64,000 nucleotides of DNA, taken from the NCBI GenBank assembly GCA_013265495.1, contig MU058718.1:3548081-3612080 (forward strand), given 5' to 3'. The stretch comes from Vicugna vicugna. Its lineage: Eukaryota. The notes beneath the pieces were generated by a model. It was not told the DNA's origin, ran no database searches, and worked only from the letters and a program-made list of their open reading frames with translations. Numbering within the stretch: position 1 is the stretch's first letter; the number at the start of each line of letters is the position of its first letter. Both the position numbers and the translations under genes were made by a program. Positions 12,995-25,220 of the stretch are shown piece by piece.

Positions 12995-13124
12995 GCTGTA
13001 CCCAGAGAGTGGCCCCAGAAACACACGGGGGTGGTACCACTTCTCGCCTTGGTCCATTCATAAACACAAACAGTGTCTGCAGTCAGCCCCTCCTCCGTGG
13101 GTTTACCTGTCGAGTCCCCGAACC
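12995..13124 (-). CDS. ABHD12B: ABHD12B exon 7 (GFGDSTGKPTEEGLTADTVCVYEWTKARSGTTPVCFWGHSLGT), nucleophile elbow GHSLG
   Basis: tgccag| acceptor, |gtaagt donor, 130 nt; GxSxG serine hydrolase motif. Confidence 0.97.
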
Positions 13125-13229
13125 CTGGCAGCAAGAAAAGGCAAACACAGTATCACCACCTCCAAAATAAGGGTCATCAAAAGCCTCCTGCTTATTGGAA
13201 AGTCTCTGTACACTGTTTCTAACACGTAC

Positions 13230-13275
13230 CTCTGTAGTCAACAGACAAGACGTGAAAGCCGCCATCACTCAGCAC
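13230..13275 (-). CDS. ABHD12B: ABHD12B exon 6 (VLSDGGFHVLSVDYR)
   Basis: catctag| acceptor, |gtacgt donor, 46 nt; start of the DYRGFG motif. Confidence 0.95.
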
Positions 13276-15856
13276 CTAGATGACAAAGGAGCTGTTATCA
13301 CCTGAATTTGGAGATATAAACAGGAAAGGTGTTTTAATCTCCTCAAACACGTCCATAATCCTGGTTGTGGTGGTTTAATAGGTAGGGGAAAGATGCATGT
13401 CTGAAATCTGGGGTTTGACTTCAAACTCGAGAAGCTGAGACTCAGTGGGACTGGAGGAGCACAGCGTGGCAGAGCAGGGTCACAAAGCCTGGGGCACACC
13501 CTGGCCCTGCCACCTGCTGGCTCTGTGCCCTTGGGAAAGCCACGTAAAATTTAGCTATGTAAATATCCTGAGTCATGGAAAGCAATCCCTTCAGGATTGT
13601 TGGAAGATTGCATGAGATGCTACACTAAGTACACTGGTACCTAGTAAACAGCTTCTTCAGGAACTTCCTGGAGGATCAGAACTCTAGACAGAGTTGTAGT
13701 AGAAGCAATCAAATACTGGGGAGATGTTTATAGTAAGTATGAATAGATAAAGAGTTCATATGGATCAAAAATAGATTGCTTAATTATATGAAACTACTGC
13801 CAAGCCCCAAATAAAGGAGAAAAGAATACAAAAATGGCATTTTAAACGAAATAAAACACAGTGATAGATGAAAATAGAGATAAAAGAGGGCAAAAATTTA
13901 CTGTGCAGGCATCTTTAAAACTTTAATTCTCAGAACAGTCCTACACTGGAAGTATTATCCACATTTCATGGATAAAGAAACTGAGCTCTGGAGAGTTGAA
14001 GTAACTTGTCCACCCGAATGGCAGCGGCAGGACCAGGATTCACACCTGAGGCTGCCTGTGTCTAAACACTGTGCCTCCGCTACTTCTGCAGAGATGCGGG
14101 CGACTGAACCTTTAAATACAAACTGCATTACGAATGAGGAAGTAAATGGAATGTTTTAGTATCCTCTTATACTGCATTCACTCCCAACAAGTTATCCAAG
14201 ACCCGGGGCAGTTCAGCATCCAGGGAAACGGGAACACCTGTGTGTTGTCCGTGGTGCCATAAACTGAAGATGAACTTGACAATGTAACTCAAGCCACAGA
14301 TTCTATTCCTCAGAATTCATCTCCAGGAAGAAATTCCAAAAGAAGAATAAAGCAACTGCTTATAGTTTTCTGTAGCAATACAATTTTAAATGAATGGGGG
14401 GCAGGGAACCTTGTATTCAACAGCAGTGGAATATTTAAGTAAATAAACAACTGTCTATAACTATAACAGAGAATGATCCCCCTTTAAATTGGCAACTATG
14501 ATGACTACAGAAAAACATAGAAGAATGTTTTAAAAATGTTGGTATTAAGTAAAAGCACAACATAAAATAACTTATGGATACAATCGTAGTAATGTAAAAA
14601 CTGTGTAGAGATAAAAACTACGTGGGAATGCAAATAAATGAAAAATAGCTGTATTGGGTGATTGAAGTGATGAATGAATGAATGAGAGAGGGAGGGAGGA
14701 AAGACAATTTCATAATTAAGATTGAATTTTTAAAGGAAATTGCCTATGCAAAGAAGAAGACTCAGGGCTAAGGAAGTCTGGTCAGACTGGGAGATAGTGA
14801 CTATGGAGTGTGGTATCTAGGATCCGCCTTGAGAAGAAATCTTATAACATCCCCACACATCCCAACTCCCACAAGGATGCTCTGGCTACTTTTCACACCT
14901 ACACCTACAGCTCTTCTCCTTTCTGTGCACACGGAGACATACAATTCAGCTTTGCCAAGAGTAGATGGGGAGAAAAAGTACACATTCTCACGGCCATCAG
15001 CTTCATAACATTCCACATGGGAAGTACACAGTGGGTTTGGGGTGGAAAGCAAATCTAAAAATTAATAGACATCGTCATCCCAGGCACAACTCCATTCAGG
15101 CAGCACTGCTGGGAGTGAGGAGAGAGGGGAGGAGCGTCCTGTCTGAACAGGGGAGGGGGGTGAAGAAGGTGTCTGTCGGGTCCCACAAATGCTGTTCAAT
15201 CCGGAGAGGGCTCTGGGGTGGGAGCTGGCTTGTGGGGAGCGCGATCAGGTCCTGGGGTCAAAAACTGGACAAGCAGCTGGGTCACCTGAGGGAGAGATGA
15301 CTAACTGGAGTGTGGGCGCGCATCAGCTGCTCTGCGCGGCCAGCTGAGTCAGACGCGGCCACGTGGAAAGCCTGCCGCCTTCCTCGCACCAGGAGATGCG
15401 GGGCTGCCCCAGCCACCTGGAGCCTGTGGCCACCTTCCCTCTGCCGAACCTCTGATGGGGCTGAAGCAGGGCCTGAATGACTTATGAGCAGACATCCTAT
15501 GTCTTCATCCCATACCACAAAAAAGGGTGTTCCAGTAGAAGAAGTGGCTTTCATACTCAGTGTATTTTCTCAACCCCTCCCCCAGCTCTCAGAAAAAGCA
15601 CATGAATGTGACTTCAACTCCATCTGGTGATAAAGGGAATACGTTCATGAAAGTGTTTGGGACTCAGAGATGTTCACATCTGCTTCGATGCCCCACGGTC
15701 ACTGTAGGAAGAGAGGTGCACTCAGGGGATATGAGGCTCCAGACACCACCACCCGCTCCTGGAGTTCTCCGTAGATAACCACGCCTGGGCTGAGGAAGAT
15801 CAGATGCAAATAAATGGAGACATAAAATCGGTGCCTCGAGGCCTCTTTGCACATAC

Positions 15857-15887
15857 CTTTACTAGCCGAAGTCTATGAGGAGCTGCC
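15857..15887 (-). CDS. ABHD12B: ABHD12B exon 5, 31-nt micro-exon (AAPHRLRLVK)
   Basis: tttacag| acceptor, AAG|gtatgt donor; bridges phase 2 to phase 0 exactly. Confidence 0.9.
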
Positions 15888-17659
15888 CTGTAAAGGAGGT
15901 TAAAAGCAAAAAGGGCAAGAATTAGGCATTACCATGACAAATTTATCAAAATCACTGCCACGCTGCTGGCATCTGTTCTCACACCTTTCTCTTTCAGGTT
16001 AGACAAACAACTAGGAGAAAGGGCAATGTTTCTTGGGGTCAGAGCCCACCTGCACATGTCGGGGCAGATGATCCACAGCCCCCATGGCTGCTGCCTTCCT
16101 CGGGGCACCTATCAACGTAGGCATGTCAGAAACTCCTGACAGTCCGTCTCCTTTCACTGCTACACAGCAAACCTAGTCCTAAGGATACTTCTAGTAGCTA
16201 AAGGAAAGTCAGTTCTAGAAAGTGGCTTTTCAGAAAAAGGATAATATAATCAAGTTCATAAACTCAGATCTGTCCAGTCTGCTATGAGGCACAAGGTGAA
16301 CAGCCCTGGAGGTACAACAAATGGTTGTTTCCAAAACAACCACATCGTTACTCTATTAGCCACATGAAAGGGAGAGACGAAGATAATTCAAAGGGCAGAG
16401 AATTCTTTAAAAAAAAAAAAACCATTTGAATTTTGTTTTAGAGACAAGTTTCTAAAACCTTAGTGTGTTGTTGAGTCCTTTGAACATGAAGTTAAAGCTA
16501 CAGCCCATTTCCCAGAAAAAAAAATGTATCCATCCTTCAAATTTTGTGTAAAATTTTGAGCTGGGAATTTGTGGACCCTCTGGGGGGCACCTATCGGTTC
16601 CAAGTCTGGAACCACTGTTTTCATCAAGGTTCTCTGTGGCCTCTCATTTGGCCTCCTTCCAGCTCAGGACTGCTGAGAGCAAGCTGCCACTTCCGGCAGG
16701 GACGGGAGGACGGGGCAGCTGGATAACGGAGGGCAACTGCGGCTGCACTCAGAGGGCAGAGATGAATATGTGATCCACACCAGCCTTTAAATAAATGATG
16801 TCACACCATGCCCAAGCTAGCACAAGCACGACAACGTCAAACAATGTTGGAAAATGTCTATTTCACAGGAAATCTCTGCAAATGTGACTCTGAAGCGTAC
16901 ACTCCTAGAAAGCCCCTTGAGCACAGGCCAGTCTTGAGAAAGCCATCATTTGACTGGAAGACAGTGAGTAAAAGAGACAGAGGCGAGGGAGCCAAGGGGC
17001 AGATTCCGGAGCACATCACTCAGTCAGAAGTGTCCCCCAAGAGACAGAGTGAGGTCTCTGGGTCTCCAGGACACGCTGCCCCTCCCCCACCTGGAGCGAC
17101 ACAGTCACAGCTGATACTCGTCACCCACCATGATGACCCAGGCCCACCGAGGACCCGGGCAGCACATGCAAGGAGAGAGCCAGATATGGAAGAAGTGGTA
17201 GGGGTTGGGGCGGTGCTCTTTGTTACAAAGCAAGATTGGGACCACAGAGATAAAGGAAGGTCCATGTAGTTTTGCGAGAAGGACCTCTGAGGTGGAAACT
17301 GCTCGTCCTTTTCCCCATACCTCATGCCTGTTCCCTAACCAGTCTTCCCTGGCTTCAATCCAGCATTTCCACCACTCTCAGGGAGTCTAGGAACCCCTTC
17401 CTTCTTTGAAATCAGTATCCAAATTTTGAAAGTTAGTCTCCCTTTCAGTTAAAGATCCACATTATTCTCCATATAGCATATACAGATTTTATTAAAAGAG
17501 ATGCCTATTACCAGAACACTCTCAAATTTCAACAAAGGAAAAAAAAATATGGAGGCATGCTTACAGAATTCAAAACAGCGTTCTGCCCTTCATTCCCCCA
17601 CAGGGCTGAAATGCCCTGTCACTCTGTTTAAAAAAAAAAATCCAAGTAGAGGCACTGAC

Positions 17660-17779
17660 CTGTGTTCGGCACTGCCGTGAAGATAAATAATAATTGGGTG
17701 GCCATCACGAAGGGCTGCTTCGTACCAGCCACGGCCTTTCCCTTTGGCAACTTCCCCCCAGCACCTGGGAACCGTGTGC
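17660..17779 (-). CDS. ABHD12B: ABHD12B exon 4 (HTVPRCWGEVAKGKGRGWYEAALRDGHPIIIYLHGSAEHR)
   Basis: ctctag| acceptor, |gtcagt donor, 120 nt; PIIIYLHG oxyanion-loop motif of the ABHD12 family. Confidence 0.95.
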
Positions 17780-19505
17780 CTAGAGAGCAAGGAAAGGTTT
17801 TAAGCAACACAGACAGAGTGGAATTCTCCATCCTCGCTGAGGTCTGAAACTCTCCTGAGGTCAATCAGATATCGATATTTACATGTATATGCTTATATAT
17901 TAATTATTCAAATATATGCTCAATTACATCACTGCATGTAAATATTGACTATATTTACATATAAATATTTATGTGAGCAAATGCCCTTGGTAAAAATTAA
18001 AGTACAATACCACACATATCTTATAATGAAAACCATTACTGCCCTACCCCTACCCCTACCCCACTCCCCTACGCCCAGAGAGAATCCCTTTAACCGTTCA
18101 CTGCATTCGTTCTTCTGACTCCTGCACTGATTACTCTTCCAAGGCTGCAGTTCTTAGGTGTGGTTTATTGAAATGCAATCCACTGGGTGGAAACAAGTGA
18201 AAAATAATAGATAATTTGCCACCTGCAATTGGTTTTGCTAAAGAAGCAAGTTGGAAAGAAATGAAATGGAAACCAGCTTAGGGAGGGGAAAAGAACTTGA
18301 ACATGAAACTAAGCTATTCTACTCAAGAAACCCAGTGACCTTCAGGTTTTAAACACCTGTCTTAGCTCCAGTTCCTCCACCTTGTTGAGCCAAACGAATT
18401 AACCCTGATAATACAAACACTGCCATATGACATGTCACCAGAGGACACATTAGAAGAGAGAATTGGCCACGTGAAGATAGAATCTTCAGTTCCTCAATCA
18501 TTTAGAGGCAGAATGTCTGACATGAGACCTTAAGGCCTCTGTACTTCAGCAGCATCACTGCCAGCCAGATAAGCCAGTCAAGGGGACAGGTGACTCCTCA
18601 AACCAAGGACTGATGGGGTAAGAGCAAAGAATAAAAATATTTTCAAACTCCAGCACTCTGAGTGGAACTGCACCTTGCAGATTAGGGAGAAGTTCCGTGA
18701 ACCCATACTGGTTCCTAAACATTCTGTGATCACATGTTTAAATTCAGGGAAATGAAATAGAAAACAGGGCACTGGAAAACCGGCAGCCAAGAACAAGGAT
18801 TAGAACCAAACAGAAGAAAACATTGAAATTAGCACAGCAAAAAAGACAATAGGATGCTCACGACTTTGCTGGACAAATACTTATTGAGTGCTCTCTGCAC
18901 CAAGCACCGTGGTAAGCAATGAAACCTCCCCGCAAAAAAGTCCTTCACCTATGAAGTTATTGTCTCGCAAAGGAGACGCACAGTAATCAGAGATGCACAG
19001 ACATTTATTCAGTTACAGTGGGAATAAATGCCGTGAAGGACAATCACCGGTTGCATTACCATATGCCTAGAATGAGAAAAGGCTTCCCTGAAAACTGCCA
19101 TTTCAACTGAGATCCAAAAGATGGGTGGGCAGTTAGGCAAAAGGAGGGAAGAGAGGGAGCAAAGAGGGAAAGGCTGCAGACAGAGCGTGGCTTTTATGCT
19201 GGGAGCCAGAGGCCCTGGGAGAGAGCAGGACGAGGGTGAGGAGTAAGGCAGGGGAGGGGCCGGCCAATCCCTCAGGCCTGGTGAAAGGCCCAAAGCCCCT
19301 GAAAGACCCCACACTCCGAAGTAAGAGTCCTGAAAAGCAAATTCAAGCAAGTCAGACATCACTACAAAGGGAAGATGTGAGGAACAGCCTCCCCCAAGGA
19401 ACACTGACCTCTCCACAGGCAAGTAACACAGCATGGCTCACCCTTGCCCTGGTAACACGAAAGCTCCATCCACCAAGCACTCCAGTGTCTAGTCAGTGCA
19501 CTCAC

Positions 19506-19608
19506 CAGATTCCCAGAATCACCCCAGGTTCAACTTTGATGTAGAAGTTCACTGTGTGAGGAATCTTTAACTCGGGTTTCTTCAAATCCACGAGAAATGG
19601 TGCTTTGA
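19506..19608 (-). CDS. ABHD12B: ABHD12B exon 3 (FKAPFLVDLKKPELKIPHTVNFYIKVEPGVILGIW)
   Basis: ttccag| acceptor, |gtgagt donor, 103 nt, phases 1/2. Confidence 0.95.
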
Positions 19609-19832
19609 CTGGAAAGTAGAATTCATTATCAACTCCCAGAATTAAATTCCATGTCTTTTAATCACAATCGAAAAAAGTAATTAGCCTCATGGTTAACATG
19701 TTTCTAAGTTGCAAGCTACAATATTCAATTCCAAGCAAAGTATTCTATTATATAAACTAGGACCAGCCCATAGAAGACCTGGGAACACAAAACTAAACTA
19801 AACTAAAACTAGATTTAAAAGATAACACTAAT

Positions 19833-19940
19833 GGGAGTGGGTAATAGCTCAGTGGTAGAGTGCATGCTTAGCATGCACAAGGTCTTGGGTTCAATCCCCA
19901 GTACCTCCAGTAGAGAAAATAAAATAAAAATAAAAATAAA
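19833..19940 (+). mobile_element. tRNA-derived SINE (Vic-1-like)
   Basis: A/B boxes and (aaaat)n tail. Confidence 0.85.
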
Positions 19941-20579
19941 ACCAGCATGGTAACCTGTAATAGAGTTTACTTAATCCTTACTCTTGTTTCAAGCTAAACG
20001 CAAAGGAGACCCTTTCCCTAAAAAGGTAAGAGAATCTAGAAGAAGGTGATGCCGATCCTGCTACATAGGTCAAAATTACTCTCTCCACTAAGTAAAACCT
20101 AATTAGCCAGAAGCCATGAAAGGTCCAGGATCAGCACACACCTGGAGCCATGCAGGTGCGAGCACTATCCGTGCGCTAGAAGGACTGTCAGTTACACTAG
20201 TGCAGCACTCAGTAGGAAAAAAAACGGGAAACTTCATATCTTTCTCTTTCTCTTTCCAAGGATACAGGCAGGAGGAGGAAGTGAAAAAGCAGAAAGTATA
20301 GGAGGCAGAAGGTTATCTATAGGAACAGCTAATTTGAAGACTGGGCTCCTGAATTGAGACCCCCCCCCACCTTCAAGGCCATATTTCTCTCTCCACCCTG
20401 ACAGTTTGCAGGGATTCATGCTAGAGCCCAGAGCAGATGTTAAATAGCTTCAGACCATTTAAGTCTGGCACAATTTTATAACTGACATATCTTCTTTATT
20501 ATGTCATAACTGTAAGGGCAGTGAATTCTTTATTTGGAGAAAAAATATAAAGGCAGATTCACAAAAGGCACATACTTAC

Positions 20580-20707
20580 AAAAGTTGAGAAAAACCAGCA
20601 TGTGCATCATAGGAGGGAAAATATGTTCTTTTAATGATTTACTGGTAAAACTTTCACACAGAGAGGCAATTTTTCTTCCAAGTGTTGAACAGGAATGTGG
20701 AAAAGCT
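20580..20707 (-). CDS. ABHD12B: ABHD12B exon 2 (AFPHSCSTLGRKIASLCESFTSKSLKEHIFPPMMHMLVFLNF)
   Basis: ttgcag| acceptor, |gtaagt donor, 128 nt, phases 2/1. Confidence 0.93.
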
Positions 20708-23700
20708 CTGCAAGACATCGTGAAACAAGCAAGGTATTCAAAATCAGCCCATGTTTTGTCTTGGTTTGTTTTTTCTCTTAGTGGCCAAATAAAATTTCAG
20801 AGACTAAGAGGAATTACAGGTAAGTTGGCATTGAGGCGAAATCCATTACAGAACTATATGTAATGAGGGCAGATCAGGACCAGGCACTAAGGGAGGACCA
20901 GGCACTAAGAGAGAACCAGGAGAGGAAAGCAGTGAGCCAGGGCCCCAGCCAGCTACTCAGAATATCCAGGACAGGAGAGCAGGGGACATGGATGCACTCG
21001 AGTCAGACTTGGGCCCTCGGTATAGCCCACAGAAGGCCAAGGTGGGACCCTAACACCATCAGGAATCAGGATTCAGACTGTTTAACAGGTGCCACACTTT
21101 TTAATCACATCACAAGTCAGTGCTGTAAATGTTAGCTATTTTATTAACCTAAAGCAGTGAATGAATTATCATCAGGTTCTCCGTCTTCCAGCTGGGTCCT
21201 GGGAAGAAATGAACCAATGAGAGAAAACCGCCACCTCTGAGGTGACATCCCTGGTGAGCTGGGCTGTGAGGAGAAGAGTGGGGCATGGGGAAGGGGGTCT
21301 TGGAGTTTGACTATAGCAGGGCTGGGGTCTGGTCAGGGAATGGGACATGAGGGGCCACATACATATTGTTTATCCCATTGATTCCGTGACGGGAACCACC
21401 CAAACAGGGAGCCACCAGCAGACAAGTTATGATTTGTCCCCGAGGGCTCACTCCTGCCACCTTTCTCTCTAGTCACATCTCTCATGAGGGTTGAAGGCCT
21501 CCTATCTTTGAGAAACAAGGGACACAGGAGGTAAGTGTCACCATCTCCTGCTCCCAGTTTTTGTCCATGTCATCCATTAGCTTAATCCCTTTCCCTACTG
21601 TGAACAATGTGAAGACAGTCAGTGCAATCAAATTGTGACGGTGTGGGGGCTGGAAAGCATTTCTGATGCACTGTTTCTCCTGCCCTGATTTCTCTGCTAG
21701 ATGTGAGGCGTCTTAGAAGATAACTGTTATGACCTACACTTTGCAAATGAGGAGACTGAAAAATTAAGTACCCTTCCCAAGGTCACACAGCCAGTGAATG
21801 GCAGAGCCCCGTGAGGTCTGTGTGACCCTGGAGTCCCACGATGACCTCCAATGAGCTGTCACAGTCCTGATGAGTTCTTCTTGTCCTCCTTGAAGCAAAA
21901 ATGAGCCCCAAGAACACAGTTGAGCTCTTGCAAAATGCAGCTTTTACAGAAAGTTGTTTCAGGGACCCTTTCTCCCCTTCTGCACCCTTGCCCCTCTTGA
22001 GGTCCCTTTCCTTCCACTATCTGCTTCCTTCCTGCTCCCATTTTCTCAGAAGCCTTTGGATACCAAAGTCATCAAAGAAGGACTTCTAAAAACATTCTCC
22101 CTCAAGTGTTAATAACTTGAAAAAATCAGAGCACTCATACATGTTTGGGAAAGGCACGGAGGCAGAAGATAATGAAATCTCTGATAGATTTCCAGCAATT
22201 CCACAGGGAGTGGAAAAGATAAGTGGGCTAAGGGTGATGGACAGCTCTTCCAATACATCAGCCTTGGGCAACTGCCTGCTCATAAAATCAGCAAGAAAGA
22301 AATGAAAATGACTGTTTCATAATACTTTAAAATAGCCTCCATGAGGTGGTCGGAAGAAGACACTGTTGTTCTGATTTCCGAGATAAGAAATCAAAACCCA
22401 GAGAAGCCACTTTGAGCCACAGATCAAGCCCAAACAGGCAGCACTGAACGCAATCTGAATTCTCATGCTTCCTTCCAGTCGGCCAGCTCCGGCTCCGGCT
22501 TCCTTTCTCCTGATTCTCTGAACTCCCGCTGCGCTGCCTGTTAGTCTCCCACTAAGTCACCTTTTGAAAGTAGTAGGGTGCTTTTCCGAGCAGAGGCAAT
22601 AGAGGGAAATATATTTCTGTTTTTAAAGAATAATTCATACAGAACCCTTCTCTCAAATAGCTCAAGGCACTTCTGTGAGAAGCACTGTGGGAAGAGAACA
22701 GAGTGACTAGATCCCTCAGAGCATCAATAATGCACAGCGGCTCCTTTTAACTAGGGGGTTGTCAGTTTGACTTCCCCTAGATCAATAGGGGATCAAAAGT
22801 CACCAGTGGCTAATAGACCTTATTTGAGCGGAGGATGCAGTTTCAGCCCAGTCCCCGCTCAGGGCCAGCACATCAAACAGCCACCTTGATGCTATGGTGT
22901 TCTCTTGCCTGCCCTTTGATCAGCTGTGGCTGTAACTGCACCACCTCCCACTGGGCCCACAGAACCTAACTGGATGCTTCTTAACTGGTGAAGCCTGGTG
23001 AAGCTGGAGCTGCTACAGGACAGATCATTCCTGCTTCCTGCTCAGGGGTACCAGCTTTGGGAAGCCCGACTCCAACCACACTTGTCAAGACGATTGCAAA
23101 TATTAAATCATGCTGCACATCCATCCTATGGCATTCATTCCACAACCATTCACCAAGCACCATCATGTCTTTGTTCTCCTCCCTTCTTTCCTCCCAACCA
23201 AATCCTCCCTTTCCTTCACATCCACTGACGTGTCCCTTCTTTGTCAAAGCCTCTCTAGACAGGTCTTCCCATCTTCCCCATGACAAGAACCATGGAGCAT
23301 ATAATGCTGCTTTTATAATCCACTCTGCCTAGCACAGAGCTGAGTACCATAAATATTCGATGAATAATAGGTTGAGGACACAAAGAAAAGTGTATTTCTT
23401 TCATAAGGGAGAAGGAAGCAAGGCTGATGGATAGTTTTGGGGGGTAGGGGAAGGCTTCCTTCTCTTTTTTGAATTACAATTGAAAATTAATCAACGTGAG
23501 CTCCCCAAGAGCAGGAGTTTTGCCTGTTTTATTTATGGCTATGGGCCCAGGTCCGAGACTAGTGCCTGAGAGGTACCAGATGACCAATACTGTGGCGCGA
23601 ACGGAGAAGTTTATCAGCCTTCTCATGGGGATTTTCTAAGTAGTAACTGAAAATGTAAAGCCTTGGAGTGAAACATGGAAAAATTAAGAGGAAAATAGCC

Positions 23701-24869
23701 CTTTGGCTTCCCCCAACTTACTTCCTGAGCATGGTTTCTGTTTTTCTAATTTGAAGAAAATCAGTTGCAAGTGGAGATTTACTCCCCTGGGCCCATCCAT
23801 CTTAAGAAGCAACCCTATCTGATGAGATTTTTGTAAAATAAATAAATAGGTCTCCAAAGCATCACACAGACACACACACACACACACACAAAACCCACCA
23901 AAAATATCATGATTAAATATGGCCCTTGGGTCTCACAACACATCACAGTAGATCCAGTGCTACAGGCAAGTCCAGGCACACATCAAGCCCTCCATGAGTT
24001 TCTGTTGCTCTGAACTACCTTGCTCCAAGAAACAAAATCAACTCAGGATGCTGGATGTCAGTCTGTGTCTCAGCACAGCCTAAATTAGATCAGTCATTTT
24101 CTGCTCAGATGAAGAAATGCCCAAGTATTTTATTCTTTCAAGAAGCATCTTGAGACTTATTTTTAGTAATTATGAAGGCAAGGAATAGAAGGTCCCCAAC
24201 TCCATCTCCCACTCCACTATCAATGAAGTGATAAAAGAGAGTGATTTAAAAAAGTGATGAGAGAACTGCAGCTTTGATTCTCTATCAAATAAATGTTAAA
24301 TAACCATCCATCCTCTCTATAAAGAGCACAAAAGTAAAGGGTGGTAAACGCCAGCCTTCCCAGAACAACTGAATCAGGGAGGTCAGGCCCATGAATGTGA
24401 AGTCTGAGAAGTGCAGCGGGTGAGGACATTTTGACCTGTGTACAGATCCAACACAGAAGCGGGGCTCCAGCCACTGGGCTAGACCAGGGGAGGGCTGCTG
24501 TCTGCTCCCTGCGCTCAGCTAGAGCAGGAAGAGAAAAAAGACATCAGTGTTGGTCTTCACCACTCAGATGTTCCAAAGTGAAGTCTTCTGTGTCTGGGTG
24601 TGATGTTTGGATATTTTGCAATCAGCAAAAATTAAACAGGACAAAGGAATACAAAGAAGAAAGGTAAACAAAACTGCCAATATCGTCCCACACCAAAACA
24701 AAACAACAAAACAAGATACCCAGTCCAGGGTCTCCAACCAATGCCTCGGCTTCAGTGCAAACAAGACTGGCAGTACACTGCTGGTCCATTCAGGTGGCCT
24801 GAGATTACCGCTTAAGACAAGGATTCACCGGAGGAAGTGAAAAATACCTACTAGCCTCCAAAGCCCTGG

Positions 24870-25220
24870 AGCCAGTGCCCGGCCTCCAGCCCCGGGCGCA
24901 CAGGGGCGGCGCGCACTCACCGCAGGTTCCACACCACCATGTCCCACCACGCGGACACGCATCCCCGCTCGTCAGCCTCCATCCCGCGCCGCTTCCGGAT
25001 CTGTCGCCGCCGCCGCAAGAGACTCCGCAGGGAGCCTGGAGCCCCGCCTGCCCGCCTCCTCCCCTGCAGGGGCGGCGACCCGGGGGACCCGCGGCCGGCC
25101 GAGCGTCTGACTCAGCACGGGGCAGGGACCGGAGCGCGCTGCCCTCGCGCACCCTCGCCACATGCACCGAGGTATGATAGAAGCAAGTTTCCCACGCTTC
25201 TAGCTGGCCACGCGCAAATT
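24870..25220. promoter_or_regulatory. ABHD12B: CpG island / promoter of ABHD12B
   Basis: High GC and CpG density around the start codon, with GC boxes. Confidence 0.8.
24921..24982 (-). CDS. ABHD12B: ABHD12B coding exon 1 (MEADERGCVSAWWDMVVWNLR)
   Basis: ATG in good context (gcgggATGg) within a CpG island; upstream in-frame TGA with no earlier ATG; donor CG|gtgagt; CV.AWWDMV..NLR matches recalled ABHD12B N-terminus. Confidence 0.88.

Noticed and set aside
12772..13170. 132-aa plus-strand ORF
   Set aside because: Shadow frame antisense to ABHD12B exon 7
15343..25116. Identical 14-mer GCGTCTGACTCAGC in promoter and intron 5 (opposite strands)
   Set aside because: Several 14-nt matches are expected by chance in 64 kb; only the motif content is reported
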